Below, in pieces: positions 55,213-64,000 of a DNA stretch of 64,000 nucleotides. The DNA is from a virus. Lineage: Duplodnaviria > Heunggongvirae > Uroviricota > Caudoviricetes. How positions within the stretch are numbered: position 1 is the stretch's first letter; every line of letters starts with the position of its first letter. The stretch is taken from IMG/VR virus record IMGVR_UViG_3300001533_000890, positions 449-64,448 of that record. One strand, 5' to 3'. The notes below the pieces were generated by a model that did no database searches, had not been told where the DNA came from, and saw nothing but the letters and a program-made list of their open reading frames with translations. The translations under genes were made by a program, and so were the position numbers.

Positions 55213-55996
55213 GTATCCGGCCCTGGCTGATTACTCTGCGGTAAGAGTTCCTATACCAGTTGTCTACTTTGACTCGTTGTTTAATTGTCGCGGGGTTTTT
55301 ACGCCCCAGTCGTGCTTAGAGTTGGCCGAAAGTATCCGGAAGCACGGGCTAAAAATCCCCGTCATGTTACAACCTGGTACAGATGTTCCGAATCTTCCGG
55401 AGGGGTTCGAGTTTCGGATTGTCGCGGGACACCGACGTTTTACGGCGGCTAAGTATCTTTTATCTTGGACCACGATCCCGGCAATTGTGATTGAAGGGCT
55501 TACGGAGCAGGACGCGAGGCTCCTTAATTTGCTCGAAAATCTCGAACGCAAAAATCTCTCACTTATTCAACAGGCAAAGGCCCTGCATCAAAGTTTCCCC
55601 CCAACCACCCCTGTTACAACAATTGCGAAAGCAATAAATCGTTCAAAGGGTTGGGTACACATACGCTGGCGATTGTTCGACTTGCCCGACGAAGTTGTCC
55701 AGCGAGTTGAGACTGGTGTCCTTGGTGAGCGAGACTTGCAGTTTATCTACCCCAAAACAACAAAAGAGCAGAAGGCACTCGCGGCCGAAATCGAAACCGC
55801 CAAGTTAAACGGCATGAGCGGTAATCGTTTCCACACCATGAAGGGCCACAGGAAGGTTACTAGGTCGTACCGTGACATAAACAAGATGATAACACGCCTG
55901 GTGGCCGAAGGTCGCTATCCTGACCCCTTTCAAGCTCTGCTATGGGCCTCGGGCCAGATTTCTGACGACGCCCTGTTACAGGGCCCGGAAGTTTGA
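55205..55996 (+). CDS. ParB/Srx-domain protein, second copy (ParB-like nuclease)
   Basis: LAESIRKHGLKIPVMLQP...FRIVAGHRRFTAAKYL, with a C-terminal HTH-like region. Confidence 0.55.
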   Translation: MPKYPALADYSAVRVPIPVVYFDSLFNCRGVFTPQSCLELAESIRKHGLKIPVMLQPGTDVPNLPEGFEFRIVAGHRRFTAAKYLLSWTTIPAIVIEGLTEQDARLLNLLENLERKNLSLIQQAKALHQSFPPTTPVTTIAKAINRSKGWVHIRWRLFDLPDEVVQRVETGVLGERDLQFIYPKTTKEQKALAAEIETAKLNGMSGNRFHTMKGHRKVTRSYRDINKMITRLVAEGRYPDPFQALLWASGQISDDALLQGPEV

Positions 55997-56424
55997 CCGC
56001 TTTGGCACAGAACTTGCACTATTCTTACTACATGAGAACTACTATGAAACCTGAACTAACGGCGATTCAACAACGACTCTTGGCGGAGCACCAAGAAGAG
56101 GGATGTATTAATGTACGGGCCCTTGACCCGGGTGTTCGGATTTCCTTTGACACAGAAAACGAGCAGTTTGAGCTGGAAGTTGGCACCCCTAAACTGGGGG
56201 TAGTTTTGCTAGCCAGCGACAAGCGATTTTTTCAAAGGGAGAAAGCCGTTGTACGCGGCAGCATCGACCTGCAGGAGCGTGTCTTGTTGCCCTCCATTAT
56301 TGGACATGGTACCTGCGTCGTTTTCCATGTCCAAGATGTAGGCGTTGTCCGGACTCGTCCAATCTTGGGGGCCACGGTTCGGGGCAAGGGCGACAGCTAC
56401 GAATATCAGATGTGGCGGGGTTAA
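55993..56424 (+). CDS. hypothetical protein
   Basis: 143-aa ORF, ATGA overlap onto the ParB-like stop. Confidence 0.35.
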   Translation: MTALAQNLHYSYYMRTTMKPELTAIQQRLLAEHQEEGCINVRALDPGVRISFDTENEQFELEVGTPKLGVVLLASDKRFFQREKAVVRGSIDLQERVLLPSIIGHGTCVVFHVQDVGVVRTRPILGATVRGKGDSYEYQMWRG

Positions 56425-56633
56425 TCATGCAAAATGTTTTCAGGTTAAGCAAGGATTGTTACCTTGAACATAGTGAAAGCATCGGGCTTACACTGTGCTA
56501 CACAGAGCACTCATCGGACCACTGGCACCAAGATAGCGAAACGGAAGTAGACGTTGATTTTGACACGTTGTCGGAGCTGATTGGGTGGTTATCCAAAAGA
56601 TACCCGGCACTGAGCCTGGAAGCAGCCCCTTGA
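56412..56633 (+). CDS. hypothetical small protein
   Basis: 73 aa ORF. Confidence 0.3.
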   Translation: MAGLIMQNVFRLSKDCYLEHSESIGLTLCYTEHSSDHWHQDSETEVDVDFDTLSELIGWLSKRYPALSLEAAP

Positions 56634-56692
56634 AAAGGCGAAAAGTCTAAAGCATTTTCTTGAATCAGGCATCCAAATTATCAAAGGACACG

Positions 56693-59212
56693 ATGAAGAA
56701 TTGCTTCCTTGATACCGAAACTTGCGGCTTTCACGGCCTCCCTACGTTGGTGCAGTATGCCATTGACGACGGCCCGATAACGTTATTTGACCCGTGGCTA
56801 CGACCGGCTAGGGAAAGCGTCGAGCTGATTGAAAGATTGATGGAGCATTGTTTTGTTGGCTTTAATTGCAGCTTTGACATGTTTCATCTTTGCAAACTGT
56901 ACACTATCTGGCGGCTGCTACCGCCTGACTTGCTGCCAGTTAATGATGTCAACCTGGTGGCCCGTAAAGAACCAGAAGGCCGAGACGGTCCGTGTGTTAA
57001 ACCGGCATCATGTGTGGATATTTTACTACACTCTAGGAAGGGTGAGTATCAATGTCTAATGAATCGGGATGACGTTAGAATCCGGAAAGTTCCAACCATT
57101 CTTGCCGGGGCCTTAGCCCAGGAGCTTGAAAAGCGTGTGGAATTGGACGGGATTTTATTTGCAAAACGCAGCGACCCCAATCTTCCAAAGTGGCAAGTTT
57201 ATGACAGACGAAACAATGACGGCGAAGTTGACCCCAGCTTCAAAGACGTTGTTCTGAAATTCAATCCTGGCGGTGGTCTAAAGTTTCTCGCAGAGCATGT
57301 TTTAGGCTATACGCCACGGTTTCATTTCAAAGACATTGCCCATGCTAGTAAACCCTACGAGCTTGGTTACGTGCCATTTGCACTTGGCGTGTCGAAACCA
57401 GAAACGGACTGGGAAGTCTTTGATAAAGTTGGTAAGTCGCTAGGTCGAACTTGGCCTGCACACATTATTCAGCATGTCAAGCATTGGGCAGAAGATAAAG
57501 ACGCGCGAGAATACGCGACCGACGATGTTGTCTATACACGGGAACTATGGGAGCACTTTGGGCAGCCCCAACCTGACGTAGACAGCTCGTTAGCTTGCAT
57601 GGTTGCAGCGGTCCGTTGGCACGGGTTTATCATTGATGAAGGACAAACTCAGGAGCTTCTAGCAAAGGCCAGGAGTGTTTTAGAGCGGTCCCCCGTTAAT
57701 GTTAACAAACCGCCTCAAGTAAGGAAGTACATTCGTGATTGCATGGATGACACTGAATCGCTTCTTATTGACGACTCAACCAAGAAGAGCAACCTTGAAC
57801 AAATTCGCGACAAGATGGTAGTGACCGAGGCAGGGGAGCTTTGTATAAAGTGTATGGGCGCTGGCTGTCTAAGATGCCGTGGCAAGGGCACTCTCGATGA
57901 AGGACCAATGCTTGCGTCGGAGCGCGCTGATGAAGTTCTGAAAATTAAGTTTGCATCGAAAGAAGTTGAGCTTCATAGCAAGTTGATTAAAGCGGGCAGG
58001 TTTCATGCCAGTTTTAATGTCATTGGTACACTATCATCGCGCATGTCCGGGGGCGATGGCTTAAATGCTCAAGGCATCAAGCACTCAACGGAGGTGCGCC
58101 AAATGTTCCCGCTGGCGTGGCCTGGTATGGTATTATGTGGCGGCGACTTTGACTCCTTTGAAGTGACGTTGGCGGACGCCGTTTTCAAGGACCCCGCCCT
58201 GCGAAGAGATTTGCTAAGTGGCAAGAAGTTACATGCCGTTATGGGCACAGCTCTATACCCTGGAAAGACTTACGAAGAAATTGTCGCATCTTCCGGCACT
58301 GACTTTGATATGTATGTTAGGGGTAAGCAGGCTGTTTTTGCGTTGCTTTACGGGGGCGACCATAATACAATTCACAGCAAACTTGCCATTCCTCTTGTTA
58401 CTGCTGAGGAAGCATTTACAAAGTTCCAACGAATGTACCCCGGAATTAAAGCATCCCGGGAGGAGGTTTTTAATCGTTTTCAAGCACTGCGGCAAGCGGG
58501 AGGAATTGGGACGGCTGTTAGCTGGCACGACCCGGATGACTACGCAGAAACCTTCTTGGGTTTTCGTCGTTACTTTACGCTCGAAAACAGAATAACAAAA
58601 GAACTGTTTAATCTTGCCCGAAATCTTCCGAAACACTGGCGGCAGCTTGACATTAAAGTAGTCCGCCGCGACCGGGTTCAGCAAATTGGCGGGGCTGTAT
58701 CTTCGGCATTGTACGGCGCGGCCTTTCAACTTCAAGCCGCAAACACCCGGGCAGCGAACAATCACTTAATTCAAAGCCCCGGTGCTGAAATTACTAAAGA
58801 TGTACAAGCATGTATCTGGACTCTTCAACCTTCCGGAGTGTCCGAGTGGGTTGTCGCGCCTATGAATGTACACGATGAAATTATGGCCGTAACCCACCCC
58901 GACTACGTAGATGAAGTAGCCAAGGTTGTTATCGACGCGGTAGAGCGATACCGCGACCGAGTACCTTTGATCGGTATGAAGTGGGCGAAGTCCATGAAAA
59001 ACTGGGCCGAGAAAGGCGCTGGCTCTGAGGTTATTCACATTAAACCCCCTGAGGACCAAGATGAACAACGACCGAAAGACATGGCTGATGACATTGACGA
59101 ATCCACAGTTGATGGCTTTGGCGTCACAGAACAATATTGCGACCTGGAACAAGCTGCCCAGGAAGAAGCTGATCTCGACGTTATGCTCAATCAATGGGGC
59201 CTTGGCACATGA
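56693..59212 (+). CDS. family A DNA polymerase (PolI-like) with 3'-5' exonuclease domain
   Basis: Exo I FLDTETCG. Pol motif B RGKQAVFALLYGG. Motif C NVHDEIMAV. Start ATG 56693 after an AAAGGA ribosome-binding site. Confidence 0.8.
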   Translation: MKNCFLDTETCGFHGLPTLVQYAIDDGPITLFDPWLRPARESVELIERLMEHCFVGFNCSFDMFHLCKLYTIWRLLPPDLLPVNDVNLVARKEPEGRDGPCVKPASCVDILLHSRKGEYQCLMNRDDVRIRKVPTILAGALAQELEKRVELDGILFAKRSDPNLPKWQVYDRRNNDGEVDPSFKDVVLKFNPGGGLKFLAEHVLGYTPRFHFKDIAHASKPYELGYVPFALGVSKPETDWEVFDKVGKSLGRTWPAHIIQHVKHWAEDKDAREYATDDVVYTRELWEHFGQPQPDVDSSLACMVAAVRWHGFIIDEGQTQELLAKARSVLERSPVNVNKPPQVRKYIRDCMDDTESLLIDDSTKKSNLEQIRDKMVVTEAGELCIKCMGAGCLRCRGKGTLDEGPMLASERADEVLKIKFASKEVELHSKLIKAGRFHASFNVIGTLSSRMSGGDGLNAQGIKHSTEVRQMFPLAWPGMVLCGGDFDSFEVTLADAVFKDPALRRDLLSGKKLHAVMGTALYPGKTYEEIVASSGTDFDMYVRGKQAVFALLYGGDHNTIHSKLAIPLVTAEEAFTKFQRMYPGIKASREEVFNRFQALRQAGGIGTAVSWHDPDDYAETFLGFRRYFTLENRITKELFNLARNLPKHWRQLDIKVVRRDRVQQIGGAVSSALYGAAFQLQAANTRAANNHLIQSPGAEITKDVQACIWTLQPSGVSEWVVAPMNVHDEIMAVTHPDYVDEVAKVVIDAVERYRDRVPLIGMKWAKSMKNWAEKGAGSEVIHIKPPEDQDEQRPKDMADDIDESTVDGFGVTEQYCDLEQAAQEEADLDVMLNQWGLGT

Positions 59213-59246
59213 AGAAGAGGCCAACTAAACTAGGTACTTCGCAACC

Positions 59247-59268
59247 GAGGGTTACTTAAGTAGCCCTC
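59247..59268. promoter_or_regulatory. near-perfect 22-bp palindrome (GAGGGTTACTTAAGTAGCCCTC)
   Basis: Hairpin downstream of the polymerase gene, followed by a U-rich tract. Terminator or protein-binding site. Confidence 0.4.
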
Positions 59269-59300
59269 TGATTGTGTATTTACTTTGAAAGGGCAAGTAA

Positions 59301-59528
59301 ATGGGAATGACCTACGACGGTGCGATTGACGGCTGTGATTGTGAGTGTTGTCAGCGATGTCGGGCAGTGGGCATTGGGAGTTGCTGTGCCACCTGTCGAC
59401 ACCTTTGCCACAATGACGTCGGCGGGGGATATTGCCCTGTGACGAACCGCCTGTTTGTGGACACGGAGCAATTTTCATGGTGGTGCGCCAGTTGGGAGGC
59501 TGACAGTGAAACGTCCGAGAATACGTGA
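59301..59528 (+). CDS. small Cys-rich zinc-binding protein
   Basis: 75 aa, CDCECCQRC...CCATCRHLC. Confidence 0.35.
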   Translation: MGMTYDGAIDGCDCECCQRCRAVGIGSCCATCRHLCHNDVGGGYCPVTNRLFVDTEQFSWWCASWEADSETSENT

Positions 59529-59904
59529 AGCACATGGACCAGAATGGCGCATTCAGCAGAAGATTATACGTTTCTTGCGGGCGCGGCAGTGGCTAGTTGA
59601 GGTCACCCAGGGAAACCAATATCAAGTTGGAATCCCCGACCTGTACCTGGCCCACAAGAAGTTTGGACAACGGTGGGTCGATGTAAAAAATCCGGCCAGT
59701 TACACCTTTACCAAGGCCCAGAAACGCAAATGGCCTATTTGGGACCGTTTCGGTGTTGGCATTTGGATATTAGTAGCACCAACCGAAGAAGAGTACGACA
59801 AACTCTTTCAGCCCCCAAATTGGAATGAGTATTGGAAACCATCGTGGGACACTGAACCAACTATTGAAGAGCTACTTGATGAACTTACCTTTGAGGATTA
59901 TTAG
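59455..59904 (+). CDS. VRR-NUC-like PD-(D/E)xK nuclease
   Basis: IQQKIIRFLRA...GIPDLYLAHKK...WVDVKNP. The start may be GTG 59506. Confidence 0.45.
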   Translation: MWTRSNFHGGAPVGRLTVKRPRIREAHGPEWRIQQKIIRFLRARQWLVEVTQGNQYQVGIPDLYLAHKKFGQRWVDVKNPASYTFTKAQKRKWPIWDRFGVGIWILVAPTEEEYDKLFQPPNWNEYWKPSWDTEPTIEELLDELTFEDY

Positions 59905-60073
59905 GTTTACCCCTGTAACCAGGACCGAGAATGGGGCTCAAGTTGCATTACAAGCCCAATTTGAAGAAGAAGTTATCGGGGCTTCCCACGCCCACCTGGC
60001 CGCTGGATCGTATCTAATTGACGTCCCTGAAAACACAACGTTACAAGTAACTGTAAATGCCCTCACTAGCTAA
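59825..60073 (+). CDS. hypothetical small protein
   Basis: 82 aa ORF. Confidence 0.25.
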   Translation: MSIGNHRGTLNQLLKSYLMNLPLRIIRFTPVTRTENGAQVALQAQFEEEVIGASHAHLAAGSYLIDVPENTTLQVTVNALTS

Positions 60074-60419
60074 ACACTTTCGACTGGCTAAGCAAGTTGC
60101 TTGCTCCGGGGACAAGAATGGGCGGCGACGTACCTACCGGCTAGGGGCTGTTGGTTGTCGGTCTGACGGGGCCGTGGTGACAGCGAGCAACCTGCCGTGT
60201 CGTACCTGTACGCCGTCGGCCCACGCTGAGGCTCGTGTTTCGCGAAAACTTGATTATGGGTCTACTGTTTTCGTGGTACGAATTTTGCACAGTGGTAAGC
60301 TTGCGATGGCACGACCTTGTCAACGTTGTCAAACCGCAATGCGTCTTAGAGGGGTTAAAAAGTGTTACTACTCAATAAGTGACAACGAATATGGAACTTT
60401 AATTTTTCCCACACTCTAA
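60057..60419 (+). CDS. cytidine/deoxycytidylate-deaminase-fold zinc deaminase
   Basis: Zinc-binding signature CTPSAHAEARV ... PCQRCQTAM (H-A-E and PCxxC). Confidence 0.55.
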   Translation: MPSLAKHFRLAKQVACSGDKNGRRRTYRLGAVGCRSDGAVVTASNLPCRTCTPSAHAEARVSRKLDYGSTVFVVRILHSGKLAMARPCQRCQTAMRLRGVKKCYYSISDNEYGTLIFPTL

Positions 60420-60433
60420 AAGGAGGGTGAGCT

Positions 60434-60595
60434 ATGCCGGTTAAGCGTTGTCAAAAGAACGGAAAACCTGGGTACAAGTGGGGTGATGAGGGATTTTGCT
60501 ATACCTACACTCCAGGTGACGCTAGAAGTCTAGAGCGAGCCAAGAAGAAAGCCGCAGAACAAGGGGCTGCAATTAAAGCCCGTCGGAGTAGCTGA
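60434..60595 (+). CDS. small basic protein (53 aa), not on the ORF track
   Basis: AAGGAGGGTGAGCT followed by ATG. MPVKRCQKNGKPGYKWGDEGFCYTYTPGD... Confidence 0.35.
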   Translation: MPVKRCQKNGKPGYKWGDEGFCYTYTPGDARSLERAKKKAAEQGAAIKARRSS

Positions 60596-60596
60596 A

Positions 60597-61100
60597 ATGA
60601 AAATCCAGACAAATCCAAACGGGTGGTCCTGCCTCCCAACTGCTTTTGCTATGGTGGCAGGAATTTCTGTCACGGAGTTTATAAAAGCGGTCGGCCACGA
60701 TGGAGGCGCTGAGCCTTATGAACTACCGGGAGTTAAAGCAGGTTTCCACGAGCAAGAGTGTATCGAAGTTATTTTATCCTTGGGGTATTCTTGCACACCA
60801 ATTGAGTTTATACCGCGAATCTCAGCCCGGTTAGACGGAACAGACGTGCGCTCAATTTTATTTGGCGCGGAACCCCGGGACAACTGGCGGCGATTTGTTC
60901 GGCACCTGACCCAGGGTCCAGGGGTTATCACGGGCTATTATTGCGGTAAACCACCTGTACGCGGCCATGCGGTGGCTTGGGACTCTAAAGACGGTAAAGT
61001 TTACGATCCGCGTGGTGGCCGTCGTTATTCTCTTGAAAGCGTGCGTGACTATTCTTTTATTCCACGATGTTTCTGGAAGGTGCAAAAGGTGTGTCAATGA
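60597..61100 (+). CDS. papain-like (C39-like) cysteine peptidase
   Basis: QTNPNGWSCLPTAFAMVAGI (Gln and Cys), then GHAVAW (His). Confidence 0.5.
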   Translation: MKIQTNPNGWSCLPTAFAMVAGISVTEFIKAVGHDGGAEPYELPGVKAGFHEQECIEVILSLGYSCTPIEFIPRISARLDGTDVRSILFGAEPRDNWRRFVRHLTQGPGVITGYYCGKPPVRGHAVAWDSKDGKVYDPRGGRRYSLESVRDYSFIPRCFWKVQKVCQ

Positions 61101-61798
61101 GTACAGCAATGGTTAAGCTTCGACCGCATCACCGGGCTGCTCGTCCGATTTACCATGAGTTTTTAGCACAGGTCCCGCCTCCCTTAACTTCCGATGAGTT
61201 GGAATCAATCAGGAATACTTGGCAGACAAATAATGGAGCCGCACGGCAGCAGCTAATTTTGGGGCATCTTGCTATGCTGCGGCATACCGTCGGACGGTAC
61301 ACATACCATTGGCCTGTATGTAGACGGTTTGTCGATGAAATGGTTTCAGCCGGGCTTTTGGCGTTGGTCAGGGCAGCCGCGCGGTTGTCAAAAATTGAGT
61401 GGCCCACGTTGGTGGGAATTTACTTGCTCAATAATGTTTGCGCAGAAATTGAGGACGAAGTTGCCAGGTTACGCGGACTTTGTCCAGCAGCCCCAAGTAC
61501 CAATCGAAGGCGTGTAAATAAAGGAGCCGCCCCCGTTTACGGAGAGGCAGAGTCAAATTTGGCAAGCCAGGTTTTCCTTGGTGGGGCTTATGCAGACCTT
61601 GGCTTTGATGTGGTTGACACGCTTGATACATTATCCCAGCTCCGTAGAGAAGTGCCACAGTTATCGCACCTTCTTGATGTAGATGCTTGGGGTCTTTCTG
61701 ATCGTGCTTTGGCAGACCAGCTAGGTGTTTCACGCCAAACTGTCCAAAGAAATCGTGTGCGGTTACTAACCCGTTATTTTGAACTAGCAGGAGACTAA
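61097..61798 (+). CDS. sigma-70 family (ECF-like) sigma factor
   Basis: Region 2-like ILGHLAMLRHTVGRY. Region 4 HTH LSDRALADQLGVSRQTVQRNRVRLL. Confidence 0.6.
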   Translation: MSTAMVKLRPHHRAARPIYHEFLAQVPPPLTSDELESIRNTWQTNNGAARQQLILGHLAMLRHTVGRYTYHWPVCRRFVDEMVSAGLLALVRAAARLSKIEWPTLVGIYLLNNVCAEIEDEVARLRGLCPAAPSTNRRRVNKGAAPVYGEAESNLASQVFLGGAYADLGFDVVDTLDTLSQLRREVPQLSHLLDVDAWGLSDRALADQLGVSRQTVQRNRVRLLTRYFELAGD

Positions 61799-61799
61799 A

Positions 61800-62294
61800 A
61801 TGAGTAAGTATTATGCAGTCATTTTTCGTACCATCCTCTTTGCGTGCTTAGGAGTTGTCGCCGTTCAGATGGCTAGGTTTGATGCCCGGCTGTCAGGGAT
61901 TGACCGGGAGTACGAACAGCTTGCTGCAATCAGGCAGGCCCAGGAATACGCTCAGCCTATTGTGCAACTTTCGGAGCAACTTGCTGCTGAAAATGCAACG
62001 TTTACACAGGTTATTAACAGGGCTAGAACACTCCTCAGGGACAAGGACTCTGAGCTAGCTGCTAGCCGTGAAGCACTTCAACAGGCAGTGGCGTCCCTTC
62101 GAGAGCAAGCTGAGGATTTTTATGCTGTTCAAGAGCAACTTAAACTTGCCTTAGAGCGTGTCTCACAGCTTCAAGCGGAGGGTACAAAATTACGAGAATT
62201 GCTTCGCGAGCAACAGCGTCTTATTGAGGAATTACGTCAACGGCTAGACGAAACAACTTCCCAGCAACATGACGTTTGTGCGACGGTGCTATGA
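61800..62294 (+). CDS. membrane-anchored coiled-coil protein
   Basis: N-terminal transmembrane segment, then Q/E/L/R-rich heptads. Confidence 0.4.
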   Translation: MSKYYAVIFRTILFACLGVVAVQMARFDARLSGIDREYEQLAAIRQAQEYAQPIVQLSEQLAAENATFTQVINRARTLLRDKDSELAASREALQQAVASLREQAEDFYAVQEQLKLALERVSQLQAEGTKLRELLREQQRLIEELRQRLDETTSQQHDVCATVL

Positions 62295-63082
62295 TCTTGC
62301 CAAGTTATCACAGCCACGGAATCACGGTGTATAACTGTAGTTGTCTTGAGCTACTTCCACAGCTCGTCGTTCGTGCTAGCTTGGTACTGACTGACCCGCC
62401 GTTTGGGATTGGGTATCAAAATCACCACACTCAAGCTCGACGCGATGTCATTACAGGGGACGAGCAGTTTTTTTCTTACGCCGACTGGGCTGCGGAGTCA
62501 TACCGGGTTCTTGAAGAGGACTCGGCCGTGTTTGCTTACACCGGGTGGAGTGAGTATGGGCACCATCGGGACGAGCTAAAGACGGTTGGATTCCGCGCCC
62601 GGGAACCTTTGATTGTACAAAAGCGCCCGGCCGGAGGTAGCCTGTACTCAAGCTTCCAACCGAATAGTGACTGGCTTTTATTTGCCACTAAAGGCAAGTT
62701 TCGTTTTCAACGAACGCAGCTACTAAGAAACAAGCGAGCAGGCACCCGTCCAAATAAAGGAAGCCCACCGGTTGCTGAGTTTAAGACTAGGTTCCCGTCT
62801 TGTTGGTTTGGTCCCGAGTTTCCTTATTCGACTGCCAACCCACAAACACCCGAGGCCAGGGCCCACCCAACTGCAAAAACGGTCGAATTGATGTCTTGGC
62901 TTATTTTGCTAACAACAAAGCCCGGGGATATTGTTATTGATCCTTTTGCGGGCAGCGGACCCGTTTTAGTGGCGGCACTTAGGAAGGGCCGCCGTGCGAT
63001 TGGCATAGAAATTGCACCTACACACTGTGACACAATTATTAAAAGACTCAAAAATGAGGTACGTTATGCTTCCTCGTCGTGA
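62276..63082 (+). CDS. DNA methyltransferase, beta-class (N6A or N4C)
   Basis: Motif IV LVLTDPPFGIGYQ occurs before motif I DPFAGSGPVLVAALRKGRRAIGIEI. Confidence 0.7.
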   Translation: MCDGAMILPSYHSHGITVYNCSCLELLPQLVVRASLVLTDPPFGIGYQNHHTQARRDVITGDEQFFSYADWAAESYRVLEEDSAVFAYTGWSEYGHHRDELKTVGFRAREPLIVQKRPAGGSLYSSFQPNSDWLLFATKGKFRFQRTQLLRNKRAGTRPNKGSPPVAEFKTRFPSCWFGPEFPYSTANPQTPEARAHPTAKTVELMSWLILLTTKPGDIVIDPFAGSGPVLVAALRKGRRAIGIEIAPTHCDTIIKRLKNEVRYASSS

Positions 63083-64000
63083 CTTCTTGATGTTAGCCAA
63101 AACTTACAACCCGGAAAAGCATCAAGTAGGGGGTTTTTATCTTAGCGAAAAGTTGGATGGGACGCGGGTTTTTTGGGATGGTGGCTTGAGCCGTGGGCAG
63201 CCGACGGAGTCTGTACCTTATGCCAATGTACTAGACCCTAAAACGGGGGGCCGAAAGAAAAAAATCAAGCCAATGGCCACGGGGCTGTGGTCCCGTTACG
63301 GAAATCCTATAATCGCGCCTGATTGGTTTCTCAATCAACTTCCAGCCATCCCTTTGGATGGTGAAGTTTGGGCGGGACGTGGAAATTTCCAACTTGCCCG
63401 ATCAATTTGCAGCGGAGATACGGCCGGGGCTGACTGGTATAAGGCTGAGTTTGCCATTTTTGGGTGCCCCCCTATTGACGTTATTTTCAAGGACGGTTCA
63501 ATTCGAGGTCCAAATCAGACTCTCGACCTGCTTTACGCCAACTTTGAATTGTGGGTAAATAAATGCCAACCAGCGGTGTTGGAAGACTTTCTGTGTCTAC
63601 GCGCGTCAAAGAAGGCCGTTCCCTTTGAACAAGAACTTCTAACTTTGAGAGATGCGGTCCCATCTGAGGGGCGTATTTACTTGCACCTGCAGCGAAAGTT
63701 GCCAGAAGATGAAGAGCTAGCCCGGCAAACTGTTAACCGGGAGTTGGATCGTATCCTTGCAGCGGGAGGGGAGGGCGTAGTTCTCAGGGACCCGACAAGC
63801 TCATGGCAGCCAAGTCGGTGTGGCACGTTATTGAAGTATAAGCCATTCAAAGATGCAGAGGGAGTGGTTGTGGGGTATACCTCTGGCCGTGAAACAGCCA
63901 GGGGCTCGAAGTACCGAGGGAAAATCGGCGCTCTCATCCTTGACTACTGTGGTAAGCGCCTTGAGTTGTCTGGGTTAAATGACCCGGAGCGGGAGTTTTT
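63066..64000 (+). CDS. ATP-dependent DNA ligase (3' end truncated by the window)
   Basis: Motif I SEKLDGTRVF. Motif IV EGVVLRD. Motif V LLKYKPF. The frame is open to the end of the window. Confidence 0.65.
   Translation, partial: MLPRRDFLMLAKTYNPEKHQVGGFYLSEKLDGTRVFWDGGLSRGQPTESVPYANVLDPKTGGRKKKIKPMATGLWSRYGNPIIAPDWFLNQLPAIPLDGEVWAGRGNFQLARSICSGDTAGADWYKAEFAIFGCPPIDVIFKDGSIRGPNQTLDLLYANFELWVNKCQPAVLEDFLCLRASKKAVPFEQELLTLRDAVPSEGRIYLHLQRKLPEDEELARQTVNRELDRILAAGGEGVVLRDPTSSWQPSRCGTLLKYKPFKDAEGVVVGYTSGRETARGSKYRGKIGALILDYCGKRLELSGLNDPEREF

Overview
This window reads as a contiguous stretch of a large tailed dsDNA phage or prophage (roughly 50% GC, tightly packed genes, AGGAG-type ribosome-binding sites, ATGA/TAATG start-stop overlaps). 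The structural module runs 5'->3' on the + strand:
- terminase large subunit (7723-9390)
- portal (9404-11215)
- scaffold (13092-14042)
- major capsid protein (14138-15562, followed by a strong terminator)
- putative major tail protein (17027-17779, followed by a terminator)
- tail-assembly-chaperone region
- a 1372-aa tape measure protein (19071-23189)
- distal tail proteins, including tandem paralogs and a 979-aa tip/fibre protein

A minus-strand replication block (32426-38279) encodes a DnaQ-like exonuclease and an AEP primase/SF3 helicase interrupted by a LAGLIDADG intein. An iteron-rich intergenic region (38290-38800) sits next to a ParB-like gene and is a likely origin of replication or parS site. 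The + strand then carries:
- two beta-class DNA methyltransferases (42175-42954, 62276-63082)
- an SNF2 helicase whose P-loop is split by an HNH intein (intein at 43322-44167)
- a family-A DNA polymerase (56693-59212)
- a phage sigma factor (61097-61798)
- a DNA ligase truncated by the window end (63066-64000)
- tRNA-Asn(GTT) (54295-54367)

The most notable system is an RNA/tRNA-repair cassette (45721-51524). It contains a P-loop polynucleotide-kinase-like gene, a HAD phosphatase, and a strong sigma70 promoter driving a tRNA-like non-coding RNA that resembles a YrlA/Y RNA. Immediately downstream are a Ro60/Rsr (TROVE+vWA) homologue, a calcineurin-type phosphoesterase, and an RNA ligase that fuses a Trbp111-like tRNA-binding domain to a KxHGxN ligase domain. 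It is followed by a Dam-like methyltransferase interrupted by an in-frame TAG.

Other unusual items:
- a Tat-signal cysteine peptidase next to a membrane thioredoxin and a CPYC membrane protein
- paralogous Cys-rich proteins ending in an HCPxxLW motif
- a degenerate helicase paralog
- a fusion of an HTH domain to a metallophosphoesterase
- a cluster of deaminase, VRR-NUC nuclease and C39-like peptidase genes
- several coding tandem repeats

All calls come from reading motifs in the translations and DNA. No database searches were run.
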